Source: Octopus bimaculoides
Lineage: Eukaryota
DNA: 64,000 nt
Direction of reading: 5' to 3'
NCBI RefSeq assembly: GCF_001194135.2
Contig: NC_068984.1
Coordinates: forward strand, 51,572,831 to 51,636,830
Under the pieces are notes generated by a model. The model saw only the letters and a program-made list of their open reading frames with translations. It was not told where the DNA came from and ran no database searches. Position 1 is the stretch's first letter; the number at the start of each line of letters is the position of its first letter. This document shows, in pieces, positions 1 through 54,875 of the stretch. A program made the translations under genes and the position numbers.

Positions 1-144
1 TGTTCTCAAACGTCATACATATATGGGATTTCTTTGTTACTAATCTTATATTACCCGAAGATTGTTTGAAGAGACTCAAGCATGAAACCATCACTAACGA
101 CTATATATATATATATATATATTATTTGTGTATTAAGGCTATCA

Positions 145-275
145 TTGGTTTCATGTTAAGAAAAATATCTTAATATCTTAACAATTTTTCATATGGAGAC
201 GAACGCCATTCCACCATGTTATCGGCTTGAAGAAATTGTTAAGGTATTAAGACATTTTTCTTAGCATGAAACCAA
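145..275. repeat. 43-bp inverted repeat with 45-nt spacer (hairpin/MITE-like)
   Basis: 145-187 pairs with 233-275 with 3 mismatches. Confidence 0.8.
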
Positions 276-624
276 AGGTAACTTTAATATACAAATAAAG
301 AAATTTTATCCACCAATGCAGTGTTGAACACTCATTCTCATACTTCGACATTTACATACAAATGTGTTCGTGCGCCCGCGAGTGTGTGTGTAATTAAAAA
401 GTAATTAAGTGTCTTACAAGTTTATGATTTCTATCATTGAAACATGGCTATATTTTTAGGGTAAAGATGCAGTGGATATAATCATTCTCAATACTTGGCT
501 GGTGCTAATTTTAGCGACCTCCAAAATCAAACATGAAATACGAATAACTTTAACTGAATACCACAAGGTACCCAGTTCGGCATGCAACTGTTCTGCCCAT
601 TCACTACTTTTTGTCTCATATTAC

Positions 625-41824
<41,200 letters not shown>

Positions 41825-42161
41825 TGTTGCGATATTTGATATTTTTCAGAACATTTAATGGAATTGGTTGTGTAGTCTAAATTTAACAGTAGCTGTATCT
41901 GTAAAAGTGAAAATTTTTATAATAAATGAATTAATGAATTAGTTTTATGCAAAAAAAGATTTTGATTAATTATTACTGAAATATTCTAAAAATCAGCAAC
42001 AGTTAGCCTTATCTTTTCTATATCTTTAGTCTACTTAATATTCTAACGAGTCTATTTTTATTCTAATAACCATTTATTTTCTCGGTTACTTCATTAGTGT
42101 ATATATAAAGTGCACTGTGGCGCATGCACAACGACTGGTAAGTCTCTCTCTTCCTCTCCCC

Positions 42162-42218
<57 letters not shown>

Positions 42219-44626
42219 AATATAGACATTCTGTTAGCATTACTCCAAAGGTGTATTACGTTGTGTAGTTTTAACAAATGTCTAGTGCACCTATCTATTT
42301 GACTCAAATACCTTAGTATTGTTCTTCTCTAGGTATTGATTCCTTTAATGATGCTCCTCACATTTAATTTTGTTTCCAGGACATTCCTGGTCTTTTTCTT
42401 CCATTCTTCTTTCAGCATTATTTTCCATTTTTTTTTATCATTATATAGTACCTTCCTTCAGTGATCTTATCGTCATGATGTCAGGAAGGGAATGGTTTTT
42501 CTACATCAGTGGTTCTCAACCATTTTCTGCCTAAAGACCCCTTTGATGCCTAGTTTACTCTACTGGATTCTCATAGACATTCGATGTTTTAAAAAAGTCC
42601 CATTATGTTTTTATAATTAAATTTTATTTGGAACTGTATTTAAAAACAGAATCGAATGGAAAGTTGTAGAACTCTCTAAAATGTTCTACTGGCTTACTGC
42701 TACATAAGCAGAGCTGGTACAGGGGCATTTCTCTTTTTGCGTTCATCTTTTTTCTTGTTATACTCTGTTTGAGAGACAGATAATAAACCTGTCTGGAATA
42801 TCACTGTGTTCTTCTTTGCGAGTGAACGAGAGAAGCACAACATATACAGCGACTAATATTAAGTTAACTCCGCTTTGCATTCTGTCGTGGATTCAAAATA
42901 CTTTTTGACGCCCAAGAATCCAGAAATAGGGATCTTATCATATATATTTTTTGATACCTGTTTCAATGACAACAATTACAGTTTCAACGGCAACAATTAC
43001 AGCTTCGACGACAACGATTAGTGTCGACAAACCATTAACAGCAGTCAATAACACTATCCACAACGATCCGAATCCTACTTACATCAATAACAACAACAAT
43101 ATCATACAAAATAACTGTAGTGACAATAATCACAACAGCGACTGCGTCAACCACAACAAGGTAACTATCATTCTTAAAGTAACAACAGCAACTTCCACAA
43201 CAATCACGTCAATGATAACATCATCAATAGTATAAAAATTGATGAGGTTCGTTATTTACAAGATTAACTGAACATGACTCAATGCTATGTAATATTTTCT
43301 GCTATCTGGAATGTTCTGTCTCTAACGTCAACCACAGTAATCACAATAAGATGCATTGGTTAATGCTAACCGTGGTACACTTTCTGAAAAGGCAACGGAA
43401 TTTAGGCATCTGGAATGCCTTTGATCACGGACCCATTCATACACACTCACACGTGCACCCAAACATACAAACACACATACGTACCCGCTTCACTCGACTA
43501 CTATTTCCCTCGCTAACACAGGCACGCGCGCGCACACAAATATATATACACGCACACACACACATACACTAATATACATACACGCACTCACTTTTCAATC
43601 TCTCCTTTCGTCGCTCTCAACGCAAACTGCATCCACCACATGCTGATCAACGACACCAGTTCACTTTTGCCCCCACCCTCTGTCGATCCAGTTCGCTTCC
43701 ATTTTTCCACACTTGTCTCCGTTCCCTATTTCACCTCTGAAACATATTACTGGATATTACGACTTTTTACAAAACCTTTTCTAAAAATAACACCTATATT
43801 TCTGCTTTCATCCTCCATACGTGGAGCATGTGACGAGCACTCTGCGGGTACTTGTAACCCCCACACTCTTCACTCGTTCTTTTATTATCTTATTCTTTTT
43901 TATTTTTGTATTTTTATTAACTTTTTCCAATGCATATATAAAAAGAATTATTGTTTCTTCAGCGTCATATCATTAATTTATTCCCCTTTCGTTTTTCAGT
44001 CTGTGACCACATAACAGCCTTCGTTTATCTGCTTTTTTTTTTTAACCCTTCCCTCATCAGCTTTTACTCTCTCCAGAAATTATGTCTGCTCCATAACCTC
44101 TTGACCTTTCACCAGTGTTATCATTTTACTATTTATACAGTCTTTTTCATCTGTGTTTTTTCTTAAATATCACATACCTCTTACCTTCCCCTTCACCTCC
44201 CATTCATGCCTGCGACCTCCTCCTTGCCTTCCTTCTCACACATACAATACGATTACACCTACACACCATCCTCCAACGCCCCAAAATCCCACGCCCCTAC
44301 ATACCCATACTTGCACACCACCACACCTACACTCACCTCATGAAACCACACGCGCACATACCCTATGCCTGTCTTTACACATGGATACCCTCCTGTACAT
44401 GCTCACATCACCCTGTTATTTATCCCTTTCTAACACTCTTCATAAAACTACAAAACCTCGTTCGTAGCCTCTTTCTCCTTTTTGCTTTCCATTTTGGTTC
44501 CTGCCACCTTTTCTCAATCTGATACTTTTCTGATGAAGTGCAAACATCCGAAATGCGAAGACTCGGTTATTTTTATTTTAAAGCGTTAAACTAATACATC
44601 TGTCAAACCTTGCCTGTCTCACACAC

Positions 44627-44770
<144 letters not shown>

Positions 44771-45976
44771 TCTGTGTGTGTGTTATTGAAACTGTAAAAA
44801 CTTCACAAACTGTCTGACGAACGGTTACGCCAAACTCTGAGTAACACAGTGAGTGATTTTTTTTTTACAGCTTCAATAAAAAAAGTACTTTTTTTCAAAC
44901 TTTGGTATTCGAATATCATTTTCTCCATCTTGTTTCGCACCTATGCTCACATGTGTATGTATATTTATGTGTATGTATATTTATGTGTATGTGTGTTGTG
45001 TGTATTCGTATGCGTTTGTGCGTTTCGTGTGTGTGTGTGTGTGTGTGTGTGTTTGCACGCATGTATGTGTGTGTGTGTGTGTGCGCGCGCGTGCATGTGT
45101 GTTGCGTGTGTGTACTTTTGAAATTTGTAAATATATTTTGTGCTTGTATTGGTAATTATATTTCGTATTTAATAAATTAAAACTGAAAGAACATCGTTTA
45201 TTATTTTCAGGAAATGTATTTTCTATTATTTCTATTAAACAATGCTTTCTTTAAACTTTTCGGGAAATAATGCGTCGCGCTAACGCTTTCAAATTCAAAC
45301 AAAATATTTTACAAATATTTAAATTATTTTGAAAATTGAAACGAAATATATTTATTTAAAAAGCACTGATGCTGTGAATCAGTTTTATAAATCTAAAACT
45401 CTTTTTCATCTAATTTGGGGGTGGGGTTCAGATTCTGAATTTCTGAGGTTAGAAGGACGTCTTAAATAAGAAAAAAATTTAAAAAGTACGAAGTTGGGCA
45501 GCGCATAATTAAAACGTTAGAAGGAGGTTTAAAAACTATCCTTGCTAAAACGAAAAACTCCATAAAAATACAGCTAAGTCATTAAAACATTACGAGATGG
45601 CGTGAACGGGTAGTTTTACTGGATTGTTTATCCTAAGTAATGTCGTCCGTTCATTGTACGTCACACCCAATCAGTTGTTTACAAAACTCTCGGTGGAATT
45701 AGAACTTTATCGATATTTGTTGGTTATCCATTTACTATGTCGCTTGGTAACAGTAAACAATTATCCGTTATTAACATTAAATGTAGGGTGAAGATATGGG
45801 TGGGTAATAGAAATAGTAGAGAGCCGGGGAAAAACATTTACATTGCGTTATGTCACACTCACTCTCTATTTAAATGTCTCCTCCTTTTAATGATATTTTG
45901 AAGTTATCTCCTATTGATAGCCTTTACGCGTGGTAAACGTTAATGACTTTTTTTCTCATTTGGAGTATAATTTGAT

Positions 45977-46371
45977 TACTCTTCACTCTTTACTTGTTTC
46001 AGTCATTTGACTGCGGCCATGCTGGAGCACCGCCGTTAGTCGAGAAAATCGACCCCAGGACTTATTCTTTGTAAGCCTAGTACTTATTCTATCGGTCTCT
46101 TTTTGCCGAACCGCTATGTTACGGGGACGTAAACACACCAGCATCAGTTGTCAAGCGACGGTGGAGGGACAAACACAGACACACAAACATACATACATAT
46201 ATATATATATACATATATACGACGGGCTTCTTTCAGTTTCCGTCTACCAAATCCACTCACAAGGCTTTGGTCGGCCCGAGGCCATAGTAGAAGACACTTG
46301 CCCAAGGTGCCACGCAGTGGGACTGAACCCGGAACCATGTGGTTGGTAAGCAAGCTATTTACGACACAGCC
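45977..46371 (-). mobile_element. tRNA-derived SINE family B, best copy
   Basis: Head ..ACCAACCACATGGTTCCGGGTTCAGTCCCAC (B-box-like); internal (TA/CA) run; partial copies at ~18175-18330, ~33690-33800, ~41410-41490. Confidence 0.85.
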
Positions 46372-46569
46372 TTAACAGCCTTAAAAATATATTAACATGT
46401 ACTTAACTATATACTTTTCATGAAGAAGAAAATTTTTACTCTCATCACATACCTTAAAGTTTTGAGTTCACTAATTGCAGGAGTCGACTTTACTTTCCTT
46501 CTTTCTGGCGTCTGTGAACAAAATACCAATTATGTATATTTTGAGTAGTAGATCGAGTTAATCAAGACG

Positions 46570-46790
46570 ATGTGCTCGTCAGCAGGAAATGACCACTTGA
46601 GCGACCTGTGGCGTTTGCTCTCTCATCTGAACAGCAAAGGATTCAAATGCCGTCGTGAAAAGTGCCTGATCGCACAACCCAGTGTGGAATATCTTGGTCA
46701 CCTTATCGGCCGAAAGAATCGCGAAGGGATCCCAGGTCGAAGCAGTCATGAAGATGCCACCGCCTACAGATATCTCAAGCTTAAAATCTT
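46570..46790 (+). mobile_element. Ty3/Gypsy RT fragment
   Basis: DHLSDLWRLLSHLNSKGFKCRREKCLIAQPSVEYLGHLI. Confidence 0.72.
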
Positions 46791-46985
46791 AAAGCTTAAA
46801 ATATATATTAAGCTTAAAATATATATTAATTTACGATTAATACAATGTGCTGTCTTAGCCTCTGGTTTTATTTGTGGATGAGGCACGACAAGCATTAACC
46901 CAAAACAGAGCGACAAGGCAACAAAGAACCTACGTTATTCGGTCAATATGTGCCATTTATATCTTTTAGTATGGCAGGCATGTAT

Positions 46986-47203
46986 AATATCGGTTTCAAA
47001 TTTTGGTACAAGGCCAGCAATTTCAAGGGAGGAGGTAAGTCGAGTACATCGACCCCAGTGCTCAACTGGTACTTATTTTATCGACCTCGAAAGGATGAAA
47101 AGCAAAGTCTACCTCGACCGAAATTGAACTCAGAACGTAAAGACGGACGAAATGCCACTAAGCATTTTGCCAGGCGAGCTAACAATTCTGCCTGCTCACC
47201 ACT
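46986..47203 (-). mobile_element. tRNA-derived SINE family C, best copy
   Basis: B-box-like GAGTTCAATT; many diverged copies across the window. Confidence 0.75.
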
Positions 47204-47785
47204 TTGCTGGCATGTGTAATATCATGATTATATGAAAAGAACTTTCAACAAATATTTCGCTTTATAATCTTTAAGTTCAACTCAATTGGTGTAGTCCTAG
47301 ATATACTATGTCTGAATAAGACACTGGGTGTCACGAGAGGAACCACTAAATTTTAATCCTTAAAGCTACGCCTCTTCTCGGCTCCTTTTTCTCTCTGAAT
47401 CTTCTACATTCTGCGAATGTAATATTTTTTTCTACATATCAAGTGTTATGAAGCCAATTGATTGCTTGTTTTTTCGTGTGTTTTTTTTTTTTTTCTGAAC
47501 AGTATTTTATTAACGATCATCGAGCTTGTAAAGTAATCCAGTATGTTTCGTGGGTTGCATTGACCCCTGCGGGAGATGTTTAATATAAATGAAAATAGCA
47601 TATGTATATATGTACTACGTATGTATGTTTGTATGTATGTATGTATGTATGTATGCATGCATGTATGTATGTATGTATGTATGTATATACGTACGTACAC
47701 ACACAAGCGCGCACGCACACACACACACACACACACACATGCACACAAACACAATTACACACAAGCACACGCACATATATACATA

Positions 47786-48023
47786 CAGGGTGGCCCAAAA
47801 GTAGGTTTACAGTTATTCAACTATCTCTTTCGCATTCATATATCAGCAGTTTAGATCTTAATTATAAAAATAATATGAAACCATTATTCTATGCTAATTT
47901 AATTTAATTTTGTCAAGCTCCTTTTTTCAGTTTGTAAGATAGAAATTTAAATGTAATAAAATGTTTTAAAAGAAATTTAAAGTGCCTACGTGATAACTGT
48001 AAACCTACTTTTGGGCCACCCTG
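47786..48023. mobile_element. Tc1/mariner-type MITE, 238 bp
   Basis: Perfect 31-bp TIR CAGGGTGGCCCAAAAGTAGGTTTACAGTTAT flanked by TA on both sides. Confidence 0.93.
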
Positions 48024-48043
48024 TACATACATACATACATATA

Positions 48044-49289
48044 CACAGACATGACAGAAGTAAATAGACACCCCATAAAACATCATTTTGTTTATTATTG
48101 ATGGACATTTTTTTATGTTTCAGGTTCTATATGTAACTGCTTAATCACGCCGCATACAAATGAAGCCTTGGAGCTGTACAAATTTCAAAGAGGCCGTGTC
48201 GTAGGTCAATCTGAAGGTGGACTTAGCGTAAAGTCGCAGAAAACCTTGGGATCCCGCTTTCTACATTTAACAAGGTGATTGTGCAATTCACCAGACAGGA
48301 GAAGGAATTCACATTACCTTGCCCAGGTCGACCAGGGCCCTCTGACAGGACCCTTTGCCTTGTTAAGTGAAGTGTAGAGAATAATCCTCATCAAAAGGCC
48401 TCTGACATAGCAGAACAAATTTATGTCAATTTCAGAACAGTTGTCATGTGCCTCCACAAACTTGGCTACTATGGTAGAGCAGCAGGAAGGAAGCCACTTC
48501 TTCAACCAGCCAATATCAAGTGGACAAAATATTTTAGCTAGTGAGATGATGGAGTGGCCTCTAGCATTTTAGGACATTGTCATATTCTGTGATGAGTCCA
48601 GATTTGCTGTATTTTCTGACAGTGGTCGAGTGTGGGGGTGGAGACACTGTGATCAAGAATCTGATAAAAAGATTGCAGCCAACAATGGAACAAGGCAGCT
48701 ATTTTGTGATTGTCTGGGGAACAATTTGGAGCAATGATCAATCAGAGCTGGTGGAGTGTGGTGGGAAGATAAACTCAGATAAATATAAGTCCATATTGCA
48801 GAAAGGACTCCTTCCAATCTTCTCCAGTGGTGAAATAATTAAAGATTTTCTATTTATGGAAGATGGAGCTCCTTGTCATACAGCTAAAAAGACCCAAGAT
48901 TGGTTGGAAAATAATGGCATTAAAAAACTTCCATAGTCAAGCCAGTCACCTGATATGAACCCTATTGAACACCTCTGGGGCATAATGGACAGGCCATTTC
49001 ATAAAAAGAACAAGAAAGCATCCTCAAAGCCGGATCTTTTGAGATTACTGCATCAAACTTGGCAAGAAATTCCCCAAGAGAATATTCGTCATCTGAGCAG
49101 TAGCATGCCTTATAGGATCCTTGTATTGAAAAATGCAAAGGGCACGTCTACTAAATATTAGATATTCACTTTATAATAATTAATAAATAATTTGAATGTA
49201 TAATTTCAGATTCAAATAAATTTTAATGATTATAAGGATGTCTATTTTTTTATATTATAAGGATTATAAAGATGTCTATTTACTTCTGT

Positions 49290-49299
<10 letters not shown>
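48044..49299 (+). mobile_element. Tc1 (DD34E) transposon, full-length but inactivated
   Basis: TIR CACAGACATGACAGAAGTAAATAGACA at both ends; FCDESRF, EDGAPCH, SPDMNPIE with 34 residues between D and E; stops and frameshifts. Confidence 0.92.
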
Positions 49300-49324
<25 letters not shown>

Positions 49325-50136
49325 TTATGGTACATTACGTTAGGAACGTGGCAGAGTACAGTATATGGTAGACAAGTGAACAGAGTCGAGTTGACGAAAT
49401 TGCTTGTTATGTAGCTATGCTAGTTACATGTGGGAAGAGGAATGTGGCGCCTGGAGCAAAACAAAAGTAATATCGTTTGCTTAGTGAGATATTTGGATGA
49501 ATTGGTGAGGTTTATTTAGAAAATGAAGAGAGCGTATCTATAAAAATAACACCTTTTGAGATATCAATATTTTGGAGTCAGTACATATTGTATGCATTGA
49601 AAGCTTTCTCATTGATGTGATGATATTGTATAGTTGAGTGTGCAGCTTGTTGAGGTTTAGGGTAAGACATGTATGTTTATTATACTGTTTTTGCTTTGAA
49701 TACCTGCATTTCAAATGAGTTCTGTTACTTTAATTGTGTTTAAATATCGTTCGTGCTATCTCTGTATTGGTGACTTGGTTTTTTTTTATGTATGTTATAT
49801 TCTCCAATCTGCTTTATTGCGTGTGTAATTCGTGATTGGCAAGAATATGTATTGGGGTTATCTTTGTAGTATTATTCCAATGTCACTGCCATATGTTATG
49901 GTGGAATTCCAAAACGTTAGTGTTGTATTGTGTTATTTTATTTACTATGGCCGGATTCCAACCGGGTCGCAGCAACAAAGTCCGCCCAGTCTAACATCAC
50001 TGCCTTGTGGTCGTGAATTCCAGGTCACAACGATTTTAGAAGCTTGAGTGTTTTTTTTTTATGGAAAACCGTATGTTTTAGTTATAGGGTTTCGTATTTG
50101 TGCACGTTTAGGAAATGTTTGTGTGTTGGGCTTAGA

Positions 50137-50195
<59 letters not shown>

Positions 50196-51041
50196 NNNNN
50201 NNNNNNNNNNNNNNNNNNNNNNNNNNNNNNNNNNNNNNNNNNNNNNNNNGTGCGTGCGTGTGTGCGTGCGTGTGTGTGTGTGTGTTTATCATATTCCACC
50301 GCAAGTGAACTGCAATTGAAAGCTACGGAAACAAAAAAAAACAGAAAGAAATCCAACGAACACCAACCTGCTGGAGACTGACATAAGCGTTATTACTTGT
50401 CCAATGGATAAATCTTCGTAATCAATTTTTCCATGCCTCTCATAATACTTTTCTCTTTCCCGATACACATGCGCGCGCACACAGTCTCTACACCTTTGAC
50501 ATCTCAAATGTTTCTCTCTTTCTCTTTCTCCCGCCTTTCTTCTCTCTCTGTCTCTGTCTCTTTCCCTCTCTCTCTCTCCTTTACACCTAATTAACTCCTC
50601 TAAGACCATTAAGTAAACTTTATTATTATAACTGCTAGTGATGACGAGGATGGTGAAGAGGAAGAAAAGGAGGAGAATGGGCGGAGTTCTAAAACAATGA
50701 CGTAAAACAAATAGAGCCTTTTGTGTAACATAATGCACGTGGTGGTGGTGATAACGATTATGGAGACTATGATTGATTTCGACATCGTATAATTTTCAGA
50801 TTATTGATTTTTGTACGGATGACATGTTATTCATCAAAGAAACACAAGACTTCTTCTTCTTCTTCTTTGATCCAAGGTGCTTGAAAACGCTAAACTCCTT
50901 GAGTTGTATGCCATCGTTGGAAAAATTGGCATTACACACACAGCATCCGAATTTATCATCATTCTGTGAACTCTACGCTAGATTACTTGTTGTCAATTCA
51001 GATACTCAGCAGTTCACATAGATTCTGTACTTTATCATATA

Positions 51042-51892
51042 CGAGGTCTGATCAATAAGTATCCGGGCTGTTGCCATAGTAACGAAGCTAAAGCACGCAG
51101 AGTCAAGCTGCTTAGCACAAATTGACCTTGAACTTTGATGTGCATGCGCACTAAGTTTTAACATTCTAGCTCACTTCCGCTGTTTACAGCAGTGCCTGGA
51201 AAGATGTGTAGCGTGTGATCGTCACATTAACCATGACAGAGAAAGTTGTCATGGCGATACCTGCTCAGAGGCCTATGCAATGTTGTAGAAAGTGCATGGA
51301 GAGGAGTGTATGGGCCGCACACAAGTGTACGAGTGGTTCAGACGTTTCCGAGATGGCCGAAAAAATGTTGATATTGACGAATGTTCTTGGAGACCCTCAA
51401 CCAGCAGACCTGGAAAAACATCGCAGATATGCATGCAGCTGTGAGGGGAAATCGTCGAATCACTATCCGTGAGTTACCAGAGGATGTGCAGATTAGTTAC
51501 TGTTCAGTTCAGTCCATTATCACTGAAGATTTGGGAATGAGACACGTGTCTGCCAAGTTTGTGCCAAAACTGCTTTCAGCTGACCAAAAAGACACTCGGG
51601 TTTCAGTTGCACAAGATCTCCTTGAGAAAGATGAAAACATTTTGAAAACTTTGCGTAGGCTTCTGAGCAGGTATTGCCAAGCTTTTGGCTGAATTTGATA
51701 CAGATTTTCTGCTCAACTTTCTGTCATTGTCAATGCGACGATCACATGCTACATACCTTCCTTCCGAGCATTGCTGTAAACAGTGGAAGTGAACTAGAAC
51801 AACAGTGTTCAAGATCTCGGAATCAAGTGTTTGCGGGAATAGGCCTGTTTATATGGCGCATGCTTTCAACAGATCCTGATTAACTCTTCGTA
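51042..51892 (+). mobile_element. mariner-like element, internally deleted
   Basis: TA|CGAGGTCTGATCAATAAG 5' end; RTQVYEWFRRF and RRITIREL..SAKFVPKLL; right end approximate. Confidence 0.82.
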
Positions 51893-54480
51893 CCGAAACT
51901 TCATTCCCTCGCTAACATTGGGGTTCCCAATATACGGAGACCAGTTTGTTTAAGTTTCGATTTCCTTCCACATGGCCTTCCTGAAATTCAAGTTCATGCG
52001 GAGTGAGACATGTTTGACGTTATTTGTGTGTGTTACCCTCCTTGATGCTTGTATAATGTCATGGTCGAAAATAGCTGTTGGAATGACCTGAACATTGTGA
52101 ATAAAGTCTGTAGTTGTGGTAAAGACTAGGTCGAGTATGTTATTTTCCGTAGTTGGACGAGTAATGATTTGTTACATGAGGAAGTATTTAGTGGTATCGA
52201 ACAGTACTCATATCTCTCCTGTTCAGCTGTTTAATTTTAGTTTGGATATAACCCTCAGGTCTACTGAGACTAAGAAAATTAAAGTCCCCTGCTAAAAGTA
52301 CATTGGCCTGTGGGTTGTTCTCATTTCGGGTTTGACTTATGAGCAACGAAGCATCTTTGAAGTGATCTCCATGGTAGGCTGCATCAAGAAGGGAGTAGGT
52401 AATGCTTATGATCAAATTGAGATCAACCACATACATTATTAATGTATCACACCTTGTTCCCGTATTCTGTAGTTATTTCTGAGTAGTATATAACCTGACA
52501 TATGTACTTCCGCATCCAATATGCCTGGAGTCAGATGCGTTTCACTTAGTGCTACACATTGTCTTTTCTCGCTGTGCAAGGTCTCAAAGATATAAAACTT
52601 TTGTTCGATTTGTAAAGTGTGAAAGACCTTGTACATTCGACATTATTATTGAGTTGAGATTGTGGGTTAATGACAGCAATGGTGTGGTTGTGTACTGGGG
52701 TAGTAGCATTGGCAGGTCCTGCACGAGAGCTAGAAGTCTTTTTATGTCTTTTGCCAGATTCACCAGAGTTGGTATGGTTGCATTGTTGAATATGGTTATA
52801 GTTACATGGTTTGCAGCTGTTGATTTTACTATTGTACCCAGTAGATATCTGGGTGACTTCTAAGTTTCTATGAAAGTCTACACCAATAATGCTTTGTAAG
52901 GGATGTTTCTATTGTGGATTTGATGGTGGTTTGGTGTCATGCTTTTACTAGTGCATCGAGTCCCTGGAAGATGAGTGAAGGGACAGTCACACATCAGACA
53001 CATTTTGTGTTGGGGGTAGCAACAGATTTTAGGACTCCGGGTTACATGTGTAGAAGCTATTAAGTGTTATTAAGCATTTAGTGTTGGTGATGGTGGTGTT
53101 GTGTGGTTTAACGTTGGCTGGTATTGCTTGTACGAACTGTGTGTCTTGTCTCGGGTAAATAGTGAAGTTACAGTCACTGCACATCCATAGTCTCACGCGT
53201 TGAGAATAGCGGCATATTTGGGGGTCTCGTGTGTTCATAATTTTCCTTTATTTACAGCTGGCAGATTTAGCATGGAGCTGTCAGGTATACATTCAGATTG
53301 AGGTGGACAGTGGAGGAAGGAAGAAGTGATTCTTCACTAATAGGAGTAGGGATCTTTTTTAAAACGGGGGCCACATTTTTCATTAATGTTTTACGTAGTG
53401 CTTTTGGTACCGAAAGACTTTCAAACTTCGTATACTTATCTATTTTGTGTTATAGAACAGAAAAATATTTTTGTATTTGAATTTATTTCATGTAAAAAAT
53501 TGTCTTATTTCGATAATTTCAACCAATCACTGACGTCCATTCAGCCGATATACATTAAGTGCCGACTACATAAACAAACGATTCTTCGTTCTATTTGCTT
53601 TTTTCATTTTAAATTTGCTTTAACCCTAACCCTAACCCTAACTCTAACCCTAGGGTTAGGGTTAGGGTTAGAGTTAGGGTTAGGGTTAGGGTTAATTGTT
53701 TCAGAATCGTTTGTTTATGTAGTCGGCACTTAATGTATATCGGCTGAATGGACGTCAGTGATTGGTTGAAATTACAGAAATACGACAACTTTAACATGGA
53801 ATAATTTATGGATTTCTTTTTTTTTTTTAAGAAGACTAAGAGAAAAAGATGTTTTATATGACACATTCTACCAGTGTTCCAAGTTTCAAAGTGTTTCGTT
53901 AATGAAAAATGTGGCCCCCGTTTTAAAAAAGATCCAGGAGTAGTACTGGTAATGGTAGTACAATAGAATAGGATGACGATGGTGATGATGGATCTCTTGT
54001 GTTATTCTGAGAAAAATTTCAGCGGCTTGACAGTGTAGAAGAGCTAGAGACTATGTTGTTTAGTAGGTCAATAAGTGTTCTAGATTTGACGAGTGGCTTC
54101 CAATGCTGATCTTGCTGTTGTTGTTATTGTTTAGTTGTGGTAAGGGTAATAGCAGTAGAACATGATGGCAATGATGATGATGATGATGATGGGCTAATTT
54201 TGGTATTCAGAGGAATTGATGAAGTGAAGGGCTCTTGATTGTGGAGTTAAATAGGTCATCAATTGTTCTAGTATTGAAGATTGACTTCCAATGCTGATCT
54301 TGTTGTTGCTATTGTTTAGCTGTGGTAAAGGTTGTAGTAGAACAAGAAGACAATGATGATGATGGGTCACTTGTGGTATTCCAAGGAAATGAGGAAGTGG
54401 ACAGCTGAACTGTGAAGGGCCGTTGATTGTGGAGTTTAATACTTCATCAGTTGTGAGTGGCCGTGGTTGTTGTATATATA
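51893..54480 (-). mobile_element. degraded CR1/L2-like LINE (ORF1 region plus AP-endonuclease), interrupted by element 53350-53935
   Basis: CVALSETHL..SGYILLR and VLLAGDFN endonuclease motifs; boundaries approximate. Confidence 0.68.
53350..53935. mobile_element. 586-bp foldback DNA transposon with 8-bp TSD and central telomeric-repeat palindrome
   Basis: 37-bp perfect TIR GGATCTTTTTTAAAACGGGGGCCACATTTTTCATTAA; TSD AGGAGTAG (53342-49 / 53936-43); inner perfect 72-bp IR; (TAACCC)5-TA-(GGGTTA)7. Confidence 0.93.
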
Positions 54481-54713
54481 TAATTTTAATTTTAATGTTG
54501 AGGATGCTTTAGCTCAGTAATATATCTTTGTAGGGATTTGGTGGGGATTTTCCTTTTATTCATTTTAGTTCTTTGTACTTATTTTGTGAAGAAACCTAAC
54601 TTCAACCAACTTTTTACAGATCAATTTTTAAATACTATTTTCTAAGCCAGAGAAAAGTATGTAGGGGTGCAATATTGAATTTTGCGCTCCCCACAGAATT
54701 TTAGCAGTAATTT

Positions 54714-54875
54714 TATTCAGCTGAATACACGTCATTGATTGGTTGAAATTACCGAAATACGACAACTTTAACACGAAATAGCTTCGTAAATAGAAACTTT
54801 TCTCAACAACGCTAAGAGTAAAAGATGTTTTATATGACACATTCTACCAGTGTCCGAAGTTTGAAAGTGTTTAGT
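54714..54875. mobile_element. partial sibling of the foldback element (right half)
   Basis: Matches ~53740-53900. Confidence 0.8.

Noticed and set aside
55-100. Possible exon 25 (VVSDGFMLESLQTIF) in the right entry phase
   Set aside because: Acceptor is only a (TA)n run, and there is no recognisable WD motif
42110-42146. Plus-strand GCGCATGCAC..CTG|GTAAGT as an antisense first exon
   Set aside because: One motif plus a donor-like 6-mer next to a (CT)n run; no downstream plus-strand exon found
53621-53694. Interpretation as an ancient chromosome end-to-end fusion
   Set aside because: Repeat order is opposite to a fusion scar, and the array sits inside an element with TIRs and a TSD
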